Counted from the first letter of the stretch, positions 39,204 through 53,831 are shown. The stretch: DNA of 64,000 bases from Octopus vulgaris (GCA_951406725.2 OX597843.1:17608001-17672000), one strand, 5' to 3'. The notes: generated by a model from the letters alone, not told the origin. Made by a program: numbers and translations.

Positions 39204-40884
39204 ATACTAGAAGAGATACCCGGCATTGCTCGTGTTACATGCAATTGAACAATTGAATAATTAGACTTCTCTGTAATATTTTCTGCAATGAAGTGGAATA
39301 CCTATGATTGCAATTTCATCAAAATTGCAGATGAGGGTTATTTCCCTCTTTACACACCCTAAAAAAATAGTAATCATGACAATAGTAATCCGATACTACT
39401 GATTTTTATGCCCCCTTTCCAAAATTCCAGTCTTATAGAACCTGCTAAAAGGATTTTGTTCCTGAAAAATGGAGGTCATGGAGCTCTGAAATGTGGGAGT
39501 TAAGGCTCCTGTTGGGGGTAGGTGTCTTAATGTCAACCAGAGAAGTTGAATTGTTGAAAATCTTTTTAACTTGGGTCTTATATCAATTGTTTGAATTTCT
39601 TTGAAATAGGAAATATATGTTCACTGGGTTTGTAAAAGAGAGCAAAGCTACAGGAAACCAAAAGACGAATGATCACAATAAGCAGTCAGCTACCCTACAC
39701 TAGTCGTTACCACTCCCAATGTAGTATTCCTCACCATGCAGGTGACAAGCACAGCCGTAAGATGCATTACAAATCTATAGCAATTGGAAGGGACTGACCC
39801 AACTGAAATAAACATTAACAACTGTGTGACGTGAGGGCTAAGGAGAAATGAAAGTGTCGCCTTTGGAGTTTGCAAATGACCACTATACTGATACGTAACT
39901 GGATAGAATAAATTTACAATCTATAAGTGTCTTTGAATAACCAGTCAGTCATCTGGGAAGGCCTTTAAATCAATGTTACCATCTGGGGACTATGTGTGAC
40001 CCAGTGATAATAAAAAGACTGAAAGGAGGTCTGCAATCAAATAATTTTACTCAACACTTTGCAACTGAATCAGTGGAGGCAAAGATGCCTCTCATTTACT
40101 TGACAATTTATGCAGCACATTGCAGAAATCACAATCTAAGTGTATGTCAAAGCAAACTGTTACACTGTTGTACAATTGAATTACAAATAATGCTCATCTT
40201 TTATGCTCGGGTGACCCCACAGCTTCCAAGAGTACAACTGTATTCATCTTTGGTTAGACAAAATGACTAAATTGTGGGTGTTAAGTCCCCTTGAAGGGTT
40301 TTTTCTAACTTGTAAGAAGATGAAATTTTATAAATATTACTTCGTTTGTGTCTAATATCTATGGTTAAAATTTCATCAAGAGCAAAAATATATGCATTGT
40401 CATGGGGGTTATGACCCTTATACAGAGAATATAATTTCCAAATTTCGTAAAGATCCATTCAGTACTTTTGACCTAATTTTGGATCATAAAAGAAATTATT
40501 AAAATTTGGGAGTTACGGCCCCCATTAGGGTGTCTTAGAATCCTCATGAGAAGTGGAAACTTTGAGAATACTTCTTGATGTGTGTCAATTACCCATGGTT
40601 GAAATTTCATCAACATTGAAAGGTTCTGCCCTCTTTAAGCCATCTGAAATTCAAACCAAACATATTGCATTATACCTGCCCTTCTGCATTGAATCTAAGT
40701 TCCAAATATCATAAGGATCCATTCAGTAATTTTGGTCCATGACATTGTATGAAACACACAGCATTGCCCTTCTCCCTAGGCTTGGATTTTGTGTTCCAAA
40801 TTTCATTATGATCGGTGCAGCAGTTTTCGAATGTGTAAGTAACACATGAACACACATAAAGACATTGGCTTTGATATATTAGAT
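39204..40884. mobile_element. Probable non-autonomous Helitron/Helentron-type element, ~1.7 kb
   Basis: Begins TACTAGAAGAGATACCCGGCATTGCTCG and ends AAATTTCA..GATCGG...ACACAC...TTTGATATATTAGAT, the end pattern of DINE/Lep1-like rolling-circle elements. Diverged internal repeats (AAATTTCATCAA, GGGAGTTA.GGC.CC). Confidence 0.45.
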
Positions 40885-40892
40885 ATGAATAT

Positions 40893-40965
<73 letters not shown>

Positions 40966-41391
40966 GATAAATTGATAGATACAACGGAGTGGGCAAACAA
41001 AAATATGAGACACTGCCTAGTGCTTTTTTTATTTTGATAAGCCTGGTACTTATTCTATCAGTTTCTTCTTGTCAGACCAGTAAGTTACAGATATGTAAAT
41101 AAACGAACAGCAGTTGTGAAGCAGTGATGAAGGCGAAACACAGAGACAAACACACACACATAGACTTACATATATATATATATACGTATATATACGATTG
41201 ATTTCTTTCAGTTTCTGTCTACAAAATCCTCTGACAAGGCTTTGGTTGGTCTGAGGCTATAGCAGAATACACATGCCAAGTCACCACACAATGGGACTGA
41301 ACCCAGGATCATGTGTTTTGGAACCCAGTTTATATATATAAATATATATCAGAAAGTAAGAAAATGGAGATATAGCATTTAATAACAATTT

Positions 41392-41452
<61 letters not shown>

Positions 41453-41461
<9 letters not shown>

Positions 41462-41680
41462 TAAATTAGAGATAAAACCACTATTAGGCAAATCAAACAG
41501 TGAAAAACATAAGCCAATACATAAAATTAATTTAAAATATAAAAGTTAAAAATAAAAATTTTTTTAATTTTTAATTTTTTATTGTTAACTTTTATATTTT
41601 AAATTAATTTTATGTATTGGCTTGTGTTTTTCACTGTTTGATTTGCCTAATAGTGGGTATATCTCTAATATAATATAATA
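41453..41680. repeat. AT-rich foldback palindrome with ~105 bp arms
   Basis: 41453-41558 is the reverse complement of 41576-41680; sits between (TA)n tracts. Confidence 0.92.
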
Positions 41681-41772
41681 TAATATAATATAATATATTT
41701 ATACTATAAAATTGGATTTAATCTTAAATCTAATTTTTCCCTGTAAGTTTAGATTCATTCCCTAATATTATC

Positions 41773-41836
<64 letters not shown>

Positions 41837-41958
41837 TAAAAACGGTAAGATAACAATATTATGTAAAAGAGAAATTTTCCCTTATATAACGGTATTTTCA
41901 TAAAGAAAGAGACCTCAATATCTTGGCTACCGAATAATTGTCACATATTAATTTACAG

Positions 41959-42002
<44 letters not shown>

Positions 42003-42347
42003 GTACATATATATACATACATGTATATGCCTTATATATATGTATATATATACATTATACACACACAAACACACACACACATATATATATACATATATTC
42101 ATGTACGTATGCATATACCTACATACACACACATGCATCTACCTTTGCGCACCCCACACTGCTTGGTAAACAGTGCTTGTTTAAGTTCCCATAACGAAGC
42201 GGTTCGGCAAGAGACACTGATAGAATAAGTATGTGGCTTTTAGAAAAACTAGGTATAGATGGCGATCACTGTGGAAGAAATCCCTTGAAGGCGGTGCCCC
42301 AGTATGGCCAAAATCCAATGACCAAAACAAGATGAATGTAACAGGTA

Positions 42348-42790
42348 CTCTTTACACTTTTACTTGTTTCAGTCATTTGACTGTGGCCAAGCTGGAGCAC
42401 AACCTTTTTAGTCGATCAAATCGATCCCAGGACTTATTCTTTGTAAGCCTAGTACTTATTCTATCGGTCTCTTTTGCCGAACCGCTAAGTTACGGGGACG
42501 TAAACACACCAGCATCGGTTGTCAAGCGATGTTGGGGGGACAAACACAAACATATACACACACACACGCACACACATACACACACACACACACAGACACA
42601 CACACACACACACACATATATATATGACGACGGGCTTCTTTCAGTTTCCGTCTACCAAATCCACTCACAAGGCTTGGGTCGGCCCGAGGCTAAAGTAGAA
42701 GGCACTTGCCCAAGGTGCCACGCAGTGGGACTGAACCCTGAACCATGTGGTTGGTAAGCAAGCTACTTACCACGCAGCCACTCCTACGTC
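42348..42790 (-). mobile_element. Family B SINE, full length, within a cluster of diverged copies (41020-41325, 42150-42330, 42810-43020)
   Basis: Collinear with the family B consensus. Confidence 0.88.
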
Positions 42791-43022
42791 TATGTGTTAT
42801 GCTATTATTTAATTCTTTTAATTGTTCCAGTCATTTGACTGTGGCCATGCTGCAGCACCGCCTTGAATGGTTTTTACTCGAACAAATCGACCCCAGAACT
42901 TATTTTCTAAACCCGAGTACTTATTCTATCGGTTTCTTTGTCGAGCCGCTAAGTCATGAGGACGTAAACACTCCAACACCGGTCGTCAAGCGGTGATGGG
43001 GGTGACAAACGCAGACACAAAT

Positions 43023-43055
<33 letters not shown>

Positions 43056-43065
43056 CAGAAAAAGA

Positions 43066-43294
43066 TATATATTAAAAATGGAGGTTTATGGAATAATTTT
43101 AGTATTCCCGCCCATAAAAGCTTTAGCTCTGTGGCGTATCGTCAGGTCCCAAAACCCTGTCGGCCCAAGACCTCTTAAAAATATGGATCCATCAGATTTT
43201 TGAGAGCTGACGATACGCCATAAAGCTGAACCCTTTATGGACGGGAAACCTAAGGTAATCCCATAAACCGGCCTTCCCCCATTTTTAATATATA
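43066..43294. repeat. Imperfect foldback palindrome with a hammerhead-like motif in each arm
   Basis: Arms ~43066-43165 and ~43185-43294. Right arm CTGACGA-TACG-CCATAAAG(CTGAACC)CTTTATGG-ACGG-GAA-ACC(TAA)GGT-A at 43207-43257. Confidence 0.75.
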
Positions 43295-43367
43295 CAGCTC
43301 TACATCTTAGAGTGAGTTTCTTCTTTCGGATTCATGTTTTTTTTTACAAACGATATATATTTCAAAA

Positions 43368-43815
<448 letters not shown>

Positions 43816-43900
43816 GTAGGTAGGTCCACAGTCGCACTCATAGACTTCGAAACGCATGTAATTATGTATAGATATAAATAGCCCACACACTCTGTGTGTG

Positions 43901-43933
<33 letters not shown>

Positions 43934-44417
43934 CATATATATATAATATACACACATCTATACACAGTGTGTGGGCTATTTACATGAATGTGTATGTAAG
44001 TAGTAGAGATGAGATGCTATCTTGTATGCAGAGATGTTCTCCTGTAGCCACAACAGATGGTGAGGTAGATTTGAAACTATAACAGCTTGGCATACAAATA
44101 AACAGTGACTCTACCACATGACCATGAGGTGGTGGCGGTGGTGGTGGTGGGAGTGGTGGTGGTGGGAGTGGTGGGAGTGAATGATGTATGATTATTCTTC
44201 TCGTTGTTGATGTCCGTCTCTACGTCAGTCCTATAATCAAAATTGTTCCAACCGTGCCCACCACGTCTTTTGTGTATAAACGACTTCCGTTAACCTGCAT
44301 GTCCTTCTGATGTTTCAAAACAGTTGGGAGTGATTTGAAGGAGATTTGGTCGTTATTTTTACCAGGTTGAGAGACGACAATATGGGGTAACCCTTTATGT
44401 AGCAGCGGGGCCCATTC

Positions 44418-44500
<83 letters not shown>

Positions 44501-44527
44501 GTTGTTATTATTATTATTATTATTATT

Positions 44528-45082
44528 GAGTGAGAGAGCAGTGCATGCCATCAAAGTGACACTAGAGTACAAATATACGAAGCCCAGTATACCCATCATG
44601 ACTACCCGTCTGATAAGGGTACGCTAGGCACATGCATCACAACCATATGTGCGAGACATGGTGATCTCATATCAAGATAAACAGCACATGACCTTGCAGG
44701 TGGGGCCCAGTTAGAATTTTCTTCAGGTCAGTTAACCCATCCAGCTCAAAAGGTCCCTGAATAAAGGCTGTTTAAGGATGTTGAACGAAACAGCCATGTT
44801 TCCAGAGGTGAATTATTCAAACCCCAAATAATCCTTCTCAACACATGGCTATGATGCTCCCCCACTACTTCTGCTCGTGATCAGAGATGCACATATCATC
44901 AGCCGCTTAGGGACATGCTCAACTGGTTAAGGTCAAACAACAGACCAGCAAATCTGTGGTATTGAGCAGAATATTTGCTGTAGCCCATATTTTATACCAA
45001 GACAAAACAATGAACATGATAACACTTCCAGTCAGATAAGATCAGAAGCCATGAGAGCCACTGCCTGGTACTGCATCAGGGC

Positions 45083-45086
<4 letters not shown>
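44528..45086 (-). mobile_element. ~550 bp element in (TAA)n, copy 3
   Basis: Same termini as copy 1 (GAGTGAGAGAGCAGTGC ... GCATCAGGGCATTT), flanked by (TTA)n. Confidence 0.8.
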
Positions 45087-45117
<31 letters not shown>

Positions 45118-45118
<1 letters not shown>

Positions 45119-45893
45119 CTGTTTTGACTTTTGCTTTCTGTGTGTACAAGTTGGCTCCAAGACTCACCCAGAGACCTCAAGAGAGGTGGAAGTTCACGTT
45201 GTTGTTATGCCTAGTGTGCCATATATTTGTTTTTTTTTCTCTTTTTTCTTCTTTTTTTTTTTGGTGTTGTACTAGTGAATGTCTAATAAATAAATTTTTT
45301 TTTAAAATGGAGAAAATAAAAAAAAAGTTTGTTTTAAACCTTGGGATTACATAGAGAGTATTTTGCGTAGGATATGAGCAGTTCCCATGAGCACTATCTT
45401 TTGAATTTCAGCCATTTTGGGGTTTCCTGGTATCTGAGTTAGATAGCAATCAGCCCCTTTCGCTATCATTTCCAGGGCACCTATGACAACAGGTATTGTT
45501 TTAGTCTTCAGGTTCCACATTTTGCTGATTTCTATTTCAAGATCTTTATATTTGCTCAGTTTTTGGTAGGTCTTGACAGATACGTTTATATCGATTGGGA
45601 CAGTCATATCAATGAGGAGGCATGTTCTTTGTCTGAAGTCTTTCAATATGATGTCTGGCCTATTTGCATCTATCTTTCTGTCAGTTTGAATGGTGAAGTT
45701 CCAGAGGAGTGAGATGTGGTCATTTTCAAGCACTTGGAGGTGGATTGTGTTCCCACCAGTTTTTTTCATGGGGCAAATCCAGGTTTTTGCAAATTACCCA
45801 GTGAATATATTGTGCAGCTCCATCATGCCTGTTGAGGTACTCTGCAGGCGCAAGAAGACTGCACTTGGAGACAACATGATCAATGGTTTCATT
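45118..45893 (-). mobile_element. 5'-truncated R4/Dong-like non-LTR retrotransposon (zinc-knuckle remnant, REL endonuclease, 3' UTR)
   Basis: ETIDHVVSKC...YLNRHD...ANRPDIILKD...LIDMTVP...KLSKYKDL...IPVVIGAL...IQKIVLMGTAHILRKIL. One frameshift near 45730. Embedded in (TAA)n on both sides. Confidence 0.92.
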
Positions 45894-45906
45894 TTGTTTT
45901 GTTTTG

Positions 45907-45950
<44 letters not shown>

Positions 45951-45973
45951 TACTACTATTATTATTATTATTA

Positions 45974-46025
<52 letters not shown>

Positions 46026-46459
46026 CATTATTATTATTATTATTACTGATAAAGTGCCGTGAGTGGCATCTGAGTCGAGAGCTAGATTTAATCTCGATTT
46101 AATAGAATAAACGGCTTCTTCTCGTCTATAAAAGGGTTATCTTGTGCCTGTGATTAAACACGTTATTATTATTATCACCGTCATCACCATGATCACCATT
46201 ATTATTATTATTATTCAATCAATTTGTTCTTTCATCCATCTATCTATCTATTCACCTTTTCATTCATTCACCTCAATCATCGATCGATCGGAGCCAGTGA
46301 AGCAGACGACAGAATCAACCAGCGAACCAACCAAGTGGCTAATAACACGTAATATTGATCATTCACTGCTGGATATTATAAATGGAAACGAGCAGACGAT
46401 AGTATATCGGTGAGGTTTAATGGCGTGGCGTGTGTAAGAAGAGGTGGGCCGAGAGGCGA

Positions 46460-46590
46460 GGAGGTCGATCGGGGCGGCGGTGGCCTGTCAGTAAACGGTT
46501 TACAGTTAAATAACAGCCCATTACAAGATGGCGGCTGGAGAAAAAACGATATATGAAAAAAATGTAGCGGAAGTTGCTAGTGTAACATTC
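46460..46590 (+). promoter_or_regulatory. Candidate promoter-like motif cluster
   Basis: GGGGCGG GC box, perfect YY1 consensus CAAGATGGCGGC (46524-46535), GCGGAAGT (ETS) overlapping GTTGCTAGTGTAAC (X-box-like). Motif match only. Confidence 0.35.
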
Positions 46591-46842
46591 AATAAATACA
46601 TAACTATGTCTATGTGTGAGTGTTTTGTGTGCGAGTATGTGTATGTGTGTGTATGTATGTGTATATGCGTGTCTACACACAAATGTTTGTATGCATGTGC
46701 GTGTACATACATACACACACACACACACATACACACACACACATATCTATATGCATTTTATATACCCGGATACATATTATGATTCAAGTTAGTCATCATA
46801 ATACTTTCAACTAGACTCGCCGTACAAAGCCCCATATTAAAC

Positions 46843-47077
46843 ATATTTTTTTTACTACCCACAAGGGGCTAAACGCAGAGGGGACAAACAAGGACAGACA
46901 TAGGTATTAAGTTGATTATATCGACCCCAGTGCGTAACTGGTACTTATTTAATCGACCCCGAAAGGATGAAAGGCAAAGTCGACCTCGGCGGAATTTGAA
47001 CTCAGAAATACCGGCAGACGAAATACCGCAAAGCATTTCGCCCGGCGTGCTAACGATTCTGCCAGCTCACTCGCCTT
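46843..47077 (-). mobile_element. Full-length family A SINE with 17 bp TSD
   Basis: AAAGCCCCATATTAAAC at 46826-46842 and 47078-47094. Confidence 0.92.
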
Positions 47078-47339
47078 AAAGCCCCATATTAAACTGTCTT
47101 CGGTACTCTTCTTATACTGGTTATCGAAGTGCAGCCTTAGTTAAGTATCTAAATATTCTTTTTTATATCTATGGCTTAAGGCCAGCGATTGTGAGGGCGC
47201 AACTGGTGCTAATTTTAACGACCTTAAATGTGTTCGGTGGATTTTGTAATGAGAATGTAAAGAGTCGAAAGAAATACCGCTAAGAATTTCGTACGACTTG
47301 CTAACGATCATGGCAGTTCACCGTTGTTTCGGACTTTAA

Positions 47340-47445
47340 TATAATACATACATACAAATATACGAACGTATGTATGCGTATTCCACACATATATACATAC
47401 ATACATACATACATACAAACATACATACATACATATATACAAACA

Positions 47446-47478
<33 letters not shown>

Positions 47479-47573
47479 CCATCCATACATACATACATAC
47501 ATATATACATATATACAAGCATACACACATGCATACATACATACATACATACATACGTACGTACGTACATACA

Positions 47574-47607
<34 letters not shown>

Positions 47608-47769
47608 CAAACATACATACATACATATATACAAACATACATACATACATACATCCATCCATCCATACATACATATATACATATATACAAGCATACACAC
47701 ATGCACACATACATACATACATACGTATGTACGTACATACATACATGCATACATATATACAAACATACA

Positions 47770-47800
<31 letters not shown>
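47340..47800. repeat. (TACA)n microsatellite
   Basis: Direct observation. Confidence 0.95.
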
Positions 47801-47876
47801 TTTATTCATTTACTTGTTTCAGTCATTGGACCGTGGCCATGGTGGAACGCCGTCTTGGGTGGTTAGTAGAATATAC

Positions 47877-49146
47877 TTGGACAAAATAATGGAAACACCT
47901 AGCATCTTAGCATCGTAATTTTGAAATATCTATAAAAAACATCAAAATCTTGTTTATTTTTATGTTTTGTTTTTATTTATTATTAGTGTTGCTTAATATA
48001 TTTTGCTAAAATTGCTGTTTCTTTTCAAGTATCATCAGAAAAAAGGTAATTAAAATTCATTAAAATGACAGATCTATCGGACATTCAAAGAGGTCAAATT
48101 GTTGCTGTTCGTATGGCAGGCGCTAGCGTAACGAAAACAGCCAAAATGTTTGGTGTATCAAGAAGTACTGTCTTGAAAGTAATAACTGCCTTTGAGAAAG
48201 AGGGAAAAAACTCCTCGTTGAAACAAAACTCTGGAAGAAAACCAGAACTTTCAGAAGGGACCATCGGACTCTTACACGAATCGTAACAAAGGATCACAAA
48301 AGTACAGCTCTCCAAATTACTGCAGAGCTTAATGACCATCTCGAGAATCCAGTTTCCACAAAAACTGTTCGCTTGGAGCTGCACAAAGCCGGATTTCACG
48401 GGAGGGCTGCAATCAGAAAACCACTACTTTCAAAAACAAACGTTGCAAAGCGTTTAGAGTGGAGTAAAAACCTACAGAATTGGTCCCTAGAGTTGTGGAA
48501 GAATGTTATTTTCTCGAACGAGTCATCCTTTACTGTATTTCCGACCACCGGTCGAGTATACGTGTGGAGACAGCCAAAAGAAGCATTTGACCCAGACTGC
48601 CTACTTACAACTGTTAAACACGGAGGAGGACCTGTGATGATCTGAGGGGCTATATCATGGAAATCCACCGGCCTAATGGTTTCCCTTCATGGCAGAATTA
48701 ATAGTCAAGGCTATTTAAGCATTTTATCTTATCAATTTCATCCTATGGTTGCGGAACTGTTTCCGGAGGGAAGCGCAATCTTTCAGGATGATAATGCACC
48801 AATTCACACAGCTAAAGTTGTTACTGAATGGCACGAGAAACATTCTAGTGAAGCTGAACGTCTTATCTGGCCACCGCAGTCCCCAGATCTCAATATTATT
48901 GAACATTTATGGTGCATTTTAGAAAAACAAATGAGATGATATCGTTCACCATCATCACTACAAGAACTGGAGACTGTTTTAGCTGAAGAATGGACTAAAA
49001 TTCATTCGGAAACAATTCAAACTTTGTACAAGTCCATACCTCGTAGAATTCAAGGTGTAATTACTGCCAAAGGTGGTCCTACCCCATATAAAAATAAATT
49101 TGTTTGAAATTTTAAGGGGTTTCCATTATTTTGTTCAACCCCTGTA
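47877..49146 (+). mobile_element. Near full-length Tc1-like transposon with disrupted transposase
   Basis: TIRs TTGGACAAAATAATGGAAACACCT / AGGGGTTTCCATTATTTTGTTCAA-CCCCTG-TA. MTDLSDIQRGQIV HTH, SGRKP, WKNVIFSNES, TVKHGGG, FQDDNAPIH, WPPQSPDLNIIEHLW across 48065-49090 with stops and frameshifts. Confidence 0.95.
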
Positions 49147-50138
49147 TCTATTCTCAGCACTTACGATTCTTTTAAAGCCTGACATTTATTCTCTCGATGA
49201 CAGTTTGCGAATCACTAGGTTACAGAGGATGTAAAGAAACCAGCCCCGGTTTTCATACGATGGTGACACAAATAGAAACCCAAACACACACTCACACACA
49301 CACACACACACACACGCACACACACACATGTATAGCCATGGGTAGCTCGGAGCTAAAGTAGAAGTACCGAGGTTCCACGCAGTGGGACTGAACCCGAATC
49401 ATGTAGTTGGGGAAGGAAGCTTCTTACCACTCGTCCAATATATGTAAATATATGTATGTATGTGTCTTTGTATCTGAGTTTATCAACCCCATCCATCCCC
49501 CGCCCCGCCATAACTTGGCGGCCGGTATATGTTTGTTTACAATCCCCGTAACGTAGCGGTTTGGCAAAAGACATTGATAAAATAAGTAGAAGACACGGGG
49601 GTCGATTTGTGGTACACCAGCATGGCCGCAGCCCAATGACTAAATCAAGCATATGAAGATAAGTGAAGGAAGATCTTTAAAGCGAGTTAGTAGTTATTTC
49701 TAGCAGTTCCAGTGACCACATAGAGGCTTCTTCGTTGGTTCGTTTACGTGTGTACGGAATATATGTATGTTTATATATTCTACGCTATATATATGTGTGT
49801 ATCTACGCATATACGCGAACATGCGTTGAAGCGAATGCCTGTGTGTGTGTGTAAGTATGTGTGTATGTACAAGCGCGTGTACTTGCGTATGTCTGTCTGT
49901 ATATACGCGAAAGTGCACGCATGTTTAACGTGTAAATAATAGAAATTATATATGTACAACATGTTGTACGTGATTTATAGGGTATTACGTATAGGAGAAG
50001 TCTGTTCAGCAACTGTCTTCTGTAATATATCTATATTTAATGAGGTCTATGTATGTATGGATGTATGCATGCATATACATATACACATACATATATATAT
50101 GTGTGTGTATATAAATAAATAAATATATATACATACAT

Positions 50139-50196
<58 letters not shown>

Positions 50197-50199
50197 CAC

Positions 50200-50267
<68 letters not shown>

Positions 50268-50833
50268 AAGAGATAGATAGATTGGTAGATATACAGACCC
50301 TGTTAAATATATGTATGTATATATATAATGAACATATACATATATATTATACATTCATATATACACATACATATATATGCACATAAGTGTGCGTAAATGT
50401 ATGTATATAGAATATACATATATATATATATACACTTACATATATATGTACATACATGTATATGGACATGTGTGCGTATATATATACATACTTGTGTATA
50501 TCTGTGTGTGTATGTGTATGCATGTACCTATATTTATATGTATTTACATGTATGTATGCCTGTATCTATGTATATACACCATACAGGAAGCGCACTGGAA
50601 TATGATAACCTAGGCGGAGCCCTAAAAATATGTAGCGACCGTACATTATATATATCTTACGCGCACACACAAATGTATATACACGTATGCATATATATGT
50701 ACATATATATATATACATAATAGAAATATTAAAATTACGAAGTCTCTCTAAAGGAGATTACGGCAGCGTTACTGGATATTAATAGTTATCGCCAAATATA
50801 TATATATGTATATATATATATACATATATATAC

Positions 50834-50878
<45 letters not shown>

Positions 50879-50885
50879 TATATAC

Positions 50886-50924
<39 letters not shown>

Positions 50925-51053
50925 GGTCCCGGGTTGATTCGGGGTTAACCACATAGTAAGGTACTCAATACATATATTAATATTATATATACAGGACTAG
51001 TATATATCATAGAGAAATCTTCATATATATATTTCTCAAACAGTATACTGTAA

Positions 51054-51097
<44 letters not shown>

Positions 51098-51148
51098 TAC
51101 ATTTATATACACACACATATATATATATACATTTATATACACACACAC

Positions 51149-51181
<33 letters not shown>

Positions 51182-51205
51182 AACACATACACACACACTC
51201 ACTCA

Positions 51206-51243
<38 letters not shown>

Positions 51244-52230
51244 AAATCCTAACAGGGGTTCGACAAAACATTTCAAGGAAGAACCCTAAGATGGCTGCAG
51301 ACCACTTATTGAAATAAGTTTCTCTGTCTATATATATACTCTTTTACTTGTTTCAGTCATTTGACTGCGGCCATGCTGGAGCACCGCCTTTAATCGAGAC
51401 AGGAAGCGTATTGAATCCTTGAACGAGTCTCTTCCTTTCTCATTGCTCCAATCTAATTGGTTGTAAACGAGTATCAGCCTAGAACTGGTGTTGCCCTCTT
51501 TGATCTTACCCCGCTCCCAGCTGTCTAAGTCCACCGTGGACTACATAAAGCAATTTAGCGAAGGGGCAGTGCATGTCACCAGGTCATATTCATTTGCGAG
51601 TGACGGTACGTACGCACGCACGCGTTCATACAAACACAGACGCACAATAAACTTGGCAAAAATCCAGGCTTTTAAGAGTTGGTGAAAAAACACGTCTGTT
51701 CACGCCGAAACAACATCTTCAATTATAATAATGGCATTAAAAGGGACACAAACATTCTGAAACGCAACAACACAAGCATATATACATCCATACACAGATA
51801 CCTCGGCCTGACCGCCGCTCGCACAACACCTTATTTTCCTGTTTTCTGACTTTCATCTATGTTTGTTGCCGTAAGGCTTCCACTTCACACGCCAGCTTAA
51901 CTTATCCTTTTAGTCGAAAGACGCCTGTTGTTTGTATTTGTAATCGAGTAACGTTTTCTCCGTTTTCTCCTTTTTTTTTTTGTTTGTGTTGTCGCACATA
52001 TTCACCCGTTTTCTTCTATAAATTTAATGCCCTTAACTTAGATTTTTGGGGCCTGCTAATTTTGAACAGTCTCAAGTGTAACAGGCCGAAACTGTAATGA
52101 TGATTAGAAGCTTGACTGATGAATAGAAAGCCACGAATGTTCCGTCCTGGTTTTCCTGTCCGTCTTTGTATTGTCCTTCTGTCCGTATGTTTTTATAGTC
52201 GTCTGTTACGTTCATGTTCCGTTTTTTGGA

Positions 52231-52420
52231 TGACCTCGTGTGTACCGTTGGCGATTTTTTCCCTCTGTCTTCCCTTCTCTGGATCTTTCTTTTTCCTATG
52301 TTTCCGACGAAAAGCTCCGCTCGAAACGTTAAACCCTCCTTCTTTCCTTAGCGTCCAATAATACTATATTTGTTCCACGTCCTCGCGTTGTTGTGTTTTT
52401 TTGTGCTTTCATGTTTGAAT

Positions 52421-52424
<4 letters not shown>
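52231..52424 (+). mobile_element. Family H1 element
   Basis: GTTT-CCGACGA-AAAGCTCCGCTC-GAAACGTT-AAAC; ends at (TA)n. Confidence 0.75.
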
Positions 52425-52478
<54 letters not shown>

Positions 52479-53454
52479 AACATGTAGGCTTAGATTCTTG
52501 TATACTGAAATTAATAGTGTATGAGAAAGGTTGCGAAACGGCCACAATCCTATGGAAGTCACGTGTTTAAATAAATCTATACTCACCGCTGATACATGCT
52601 GACGTTATGGTTTTATATGCATAAGCACAAACATACATGTATATACGCACAAGTTTGTGTGTGTGTTAGACAAAGTACGTAAGATTCACCACAAAATCAA
52701 TCGATTAATGCAACACATATTCTTACACAGCGCACACACAAATACACACATACATATAAATATGTATGTATATATTTATGTGTGTGTGTGTGATATACGG
52801 GGACTATATACTGGTTGAAGGGTTTTCTATTTAAAAATGGTGGCATGGAATATTAAACCGCATGTGGTCGTCTGATGATTTGGGAGTCATTATTCAATGA
52901 TATATTGCATAATGTTATGGATGTTACCTGTCTTACGTAACCGAATGAACGATAATAAGTCAAAACGAAACCTCATGAAACATTGTATCGTTACCATTTA
53001 ATCCATTCGTCAGTACGCATGTATGTATGTATGCGACTAATGCAGTTGTATGCTGTTACATAAGTTTCACTTGGCGTTCACGCATCCATTTAGACACCAT
53101 CTCGTACAATACATTAACGAAATGGATTAGACCAAGAATAAAGGAATTTATGATTGTATTATGATTGAGGATACAATCATAAATGAGTCTTGACTTATAT
53201 ATATATATATTTGTGTGTGTGTGTGTGTGTGTACGTATATATATATATATTCATAGGAGAAGAAAACTTATAATAAGGCAGCATGCTAAATTGAAAGTAA
53301 ATTTTAATAAAAATGGCTGTATGGAAAATTAAAAAAGAAAAAATAATAAATCAAACCGGCTTTCATTGCAAAGCAAATTTTCAAGATTTGGAAGGGGAAA
53401 AAAGAAATTGACAATGTATTTATATATATATATATATTATATATGTATATGGTG

Positions 53455-53831
53455 TGGAGGTGCAATGGCCCAATGGTTAGGGCAGCGGACCCGCGGTCAT
53501 AGGATCGCGGTTTCGATTCCCAGACCGGGCGTTGTGAGTGTTTATTGAGCGAAAACACCTAAAGCTCCACGCGGCTCCGGCAGGTGATGGTGGTGATCCC
53601 TGCTGTACTCTTTCACCACAACTTTCTCTTACTTCCTGTTTCTGTTGTACTTGTATTTCAAAGGGCCGGCCTTGTCACTCTCTGTGTCACGCTGAATATC
53701 CCCGAGAACTACGTTAAAGGTACACGTGTCTGTGGAGTGCTCAGCCACTTACACGTTAATTTCACGAGCAGGCTGTTCCGTTGATTCGGATCAACCGGAA
53801 CCCTCGTCGTCGTAACCGACGGAGTGTTTCC
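53455..53831 (+). mobile_element. Family C SINE, full length
   Basis: tRNA-like head and the conserved 3' end GTCGTAACCGACGGAGTG. Confidence 0.9.

Noticed and set aside
45000-45086. HDV-like ribozyme at the putative 5' end of the 550 bp element
   Set aside because: Plausible by analogy with R2/R4 elements, but I could not build the nested double pseudoknot by eye.
53455-53530. tRNA genes at SINE heads (also 17027, 13903, 29290)
   Set aside because: A and B boxes are present, but the heads continue into repeated SINE bodies and lack a complete acceptor stem.
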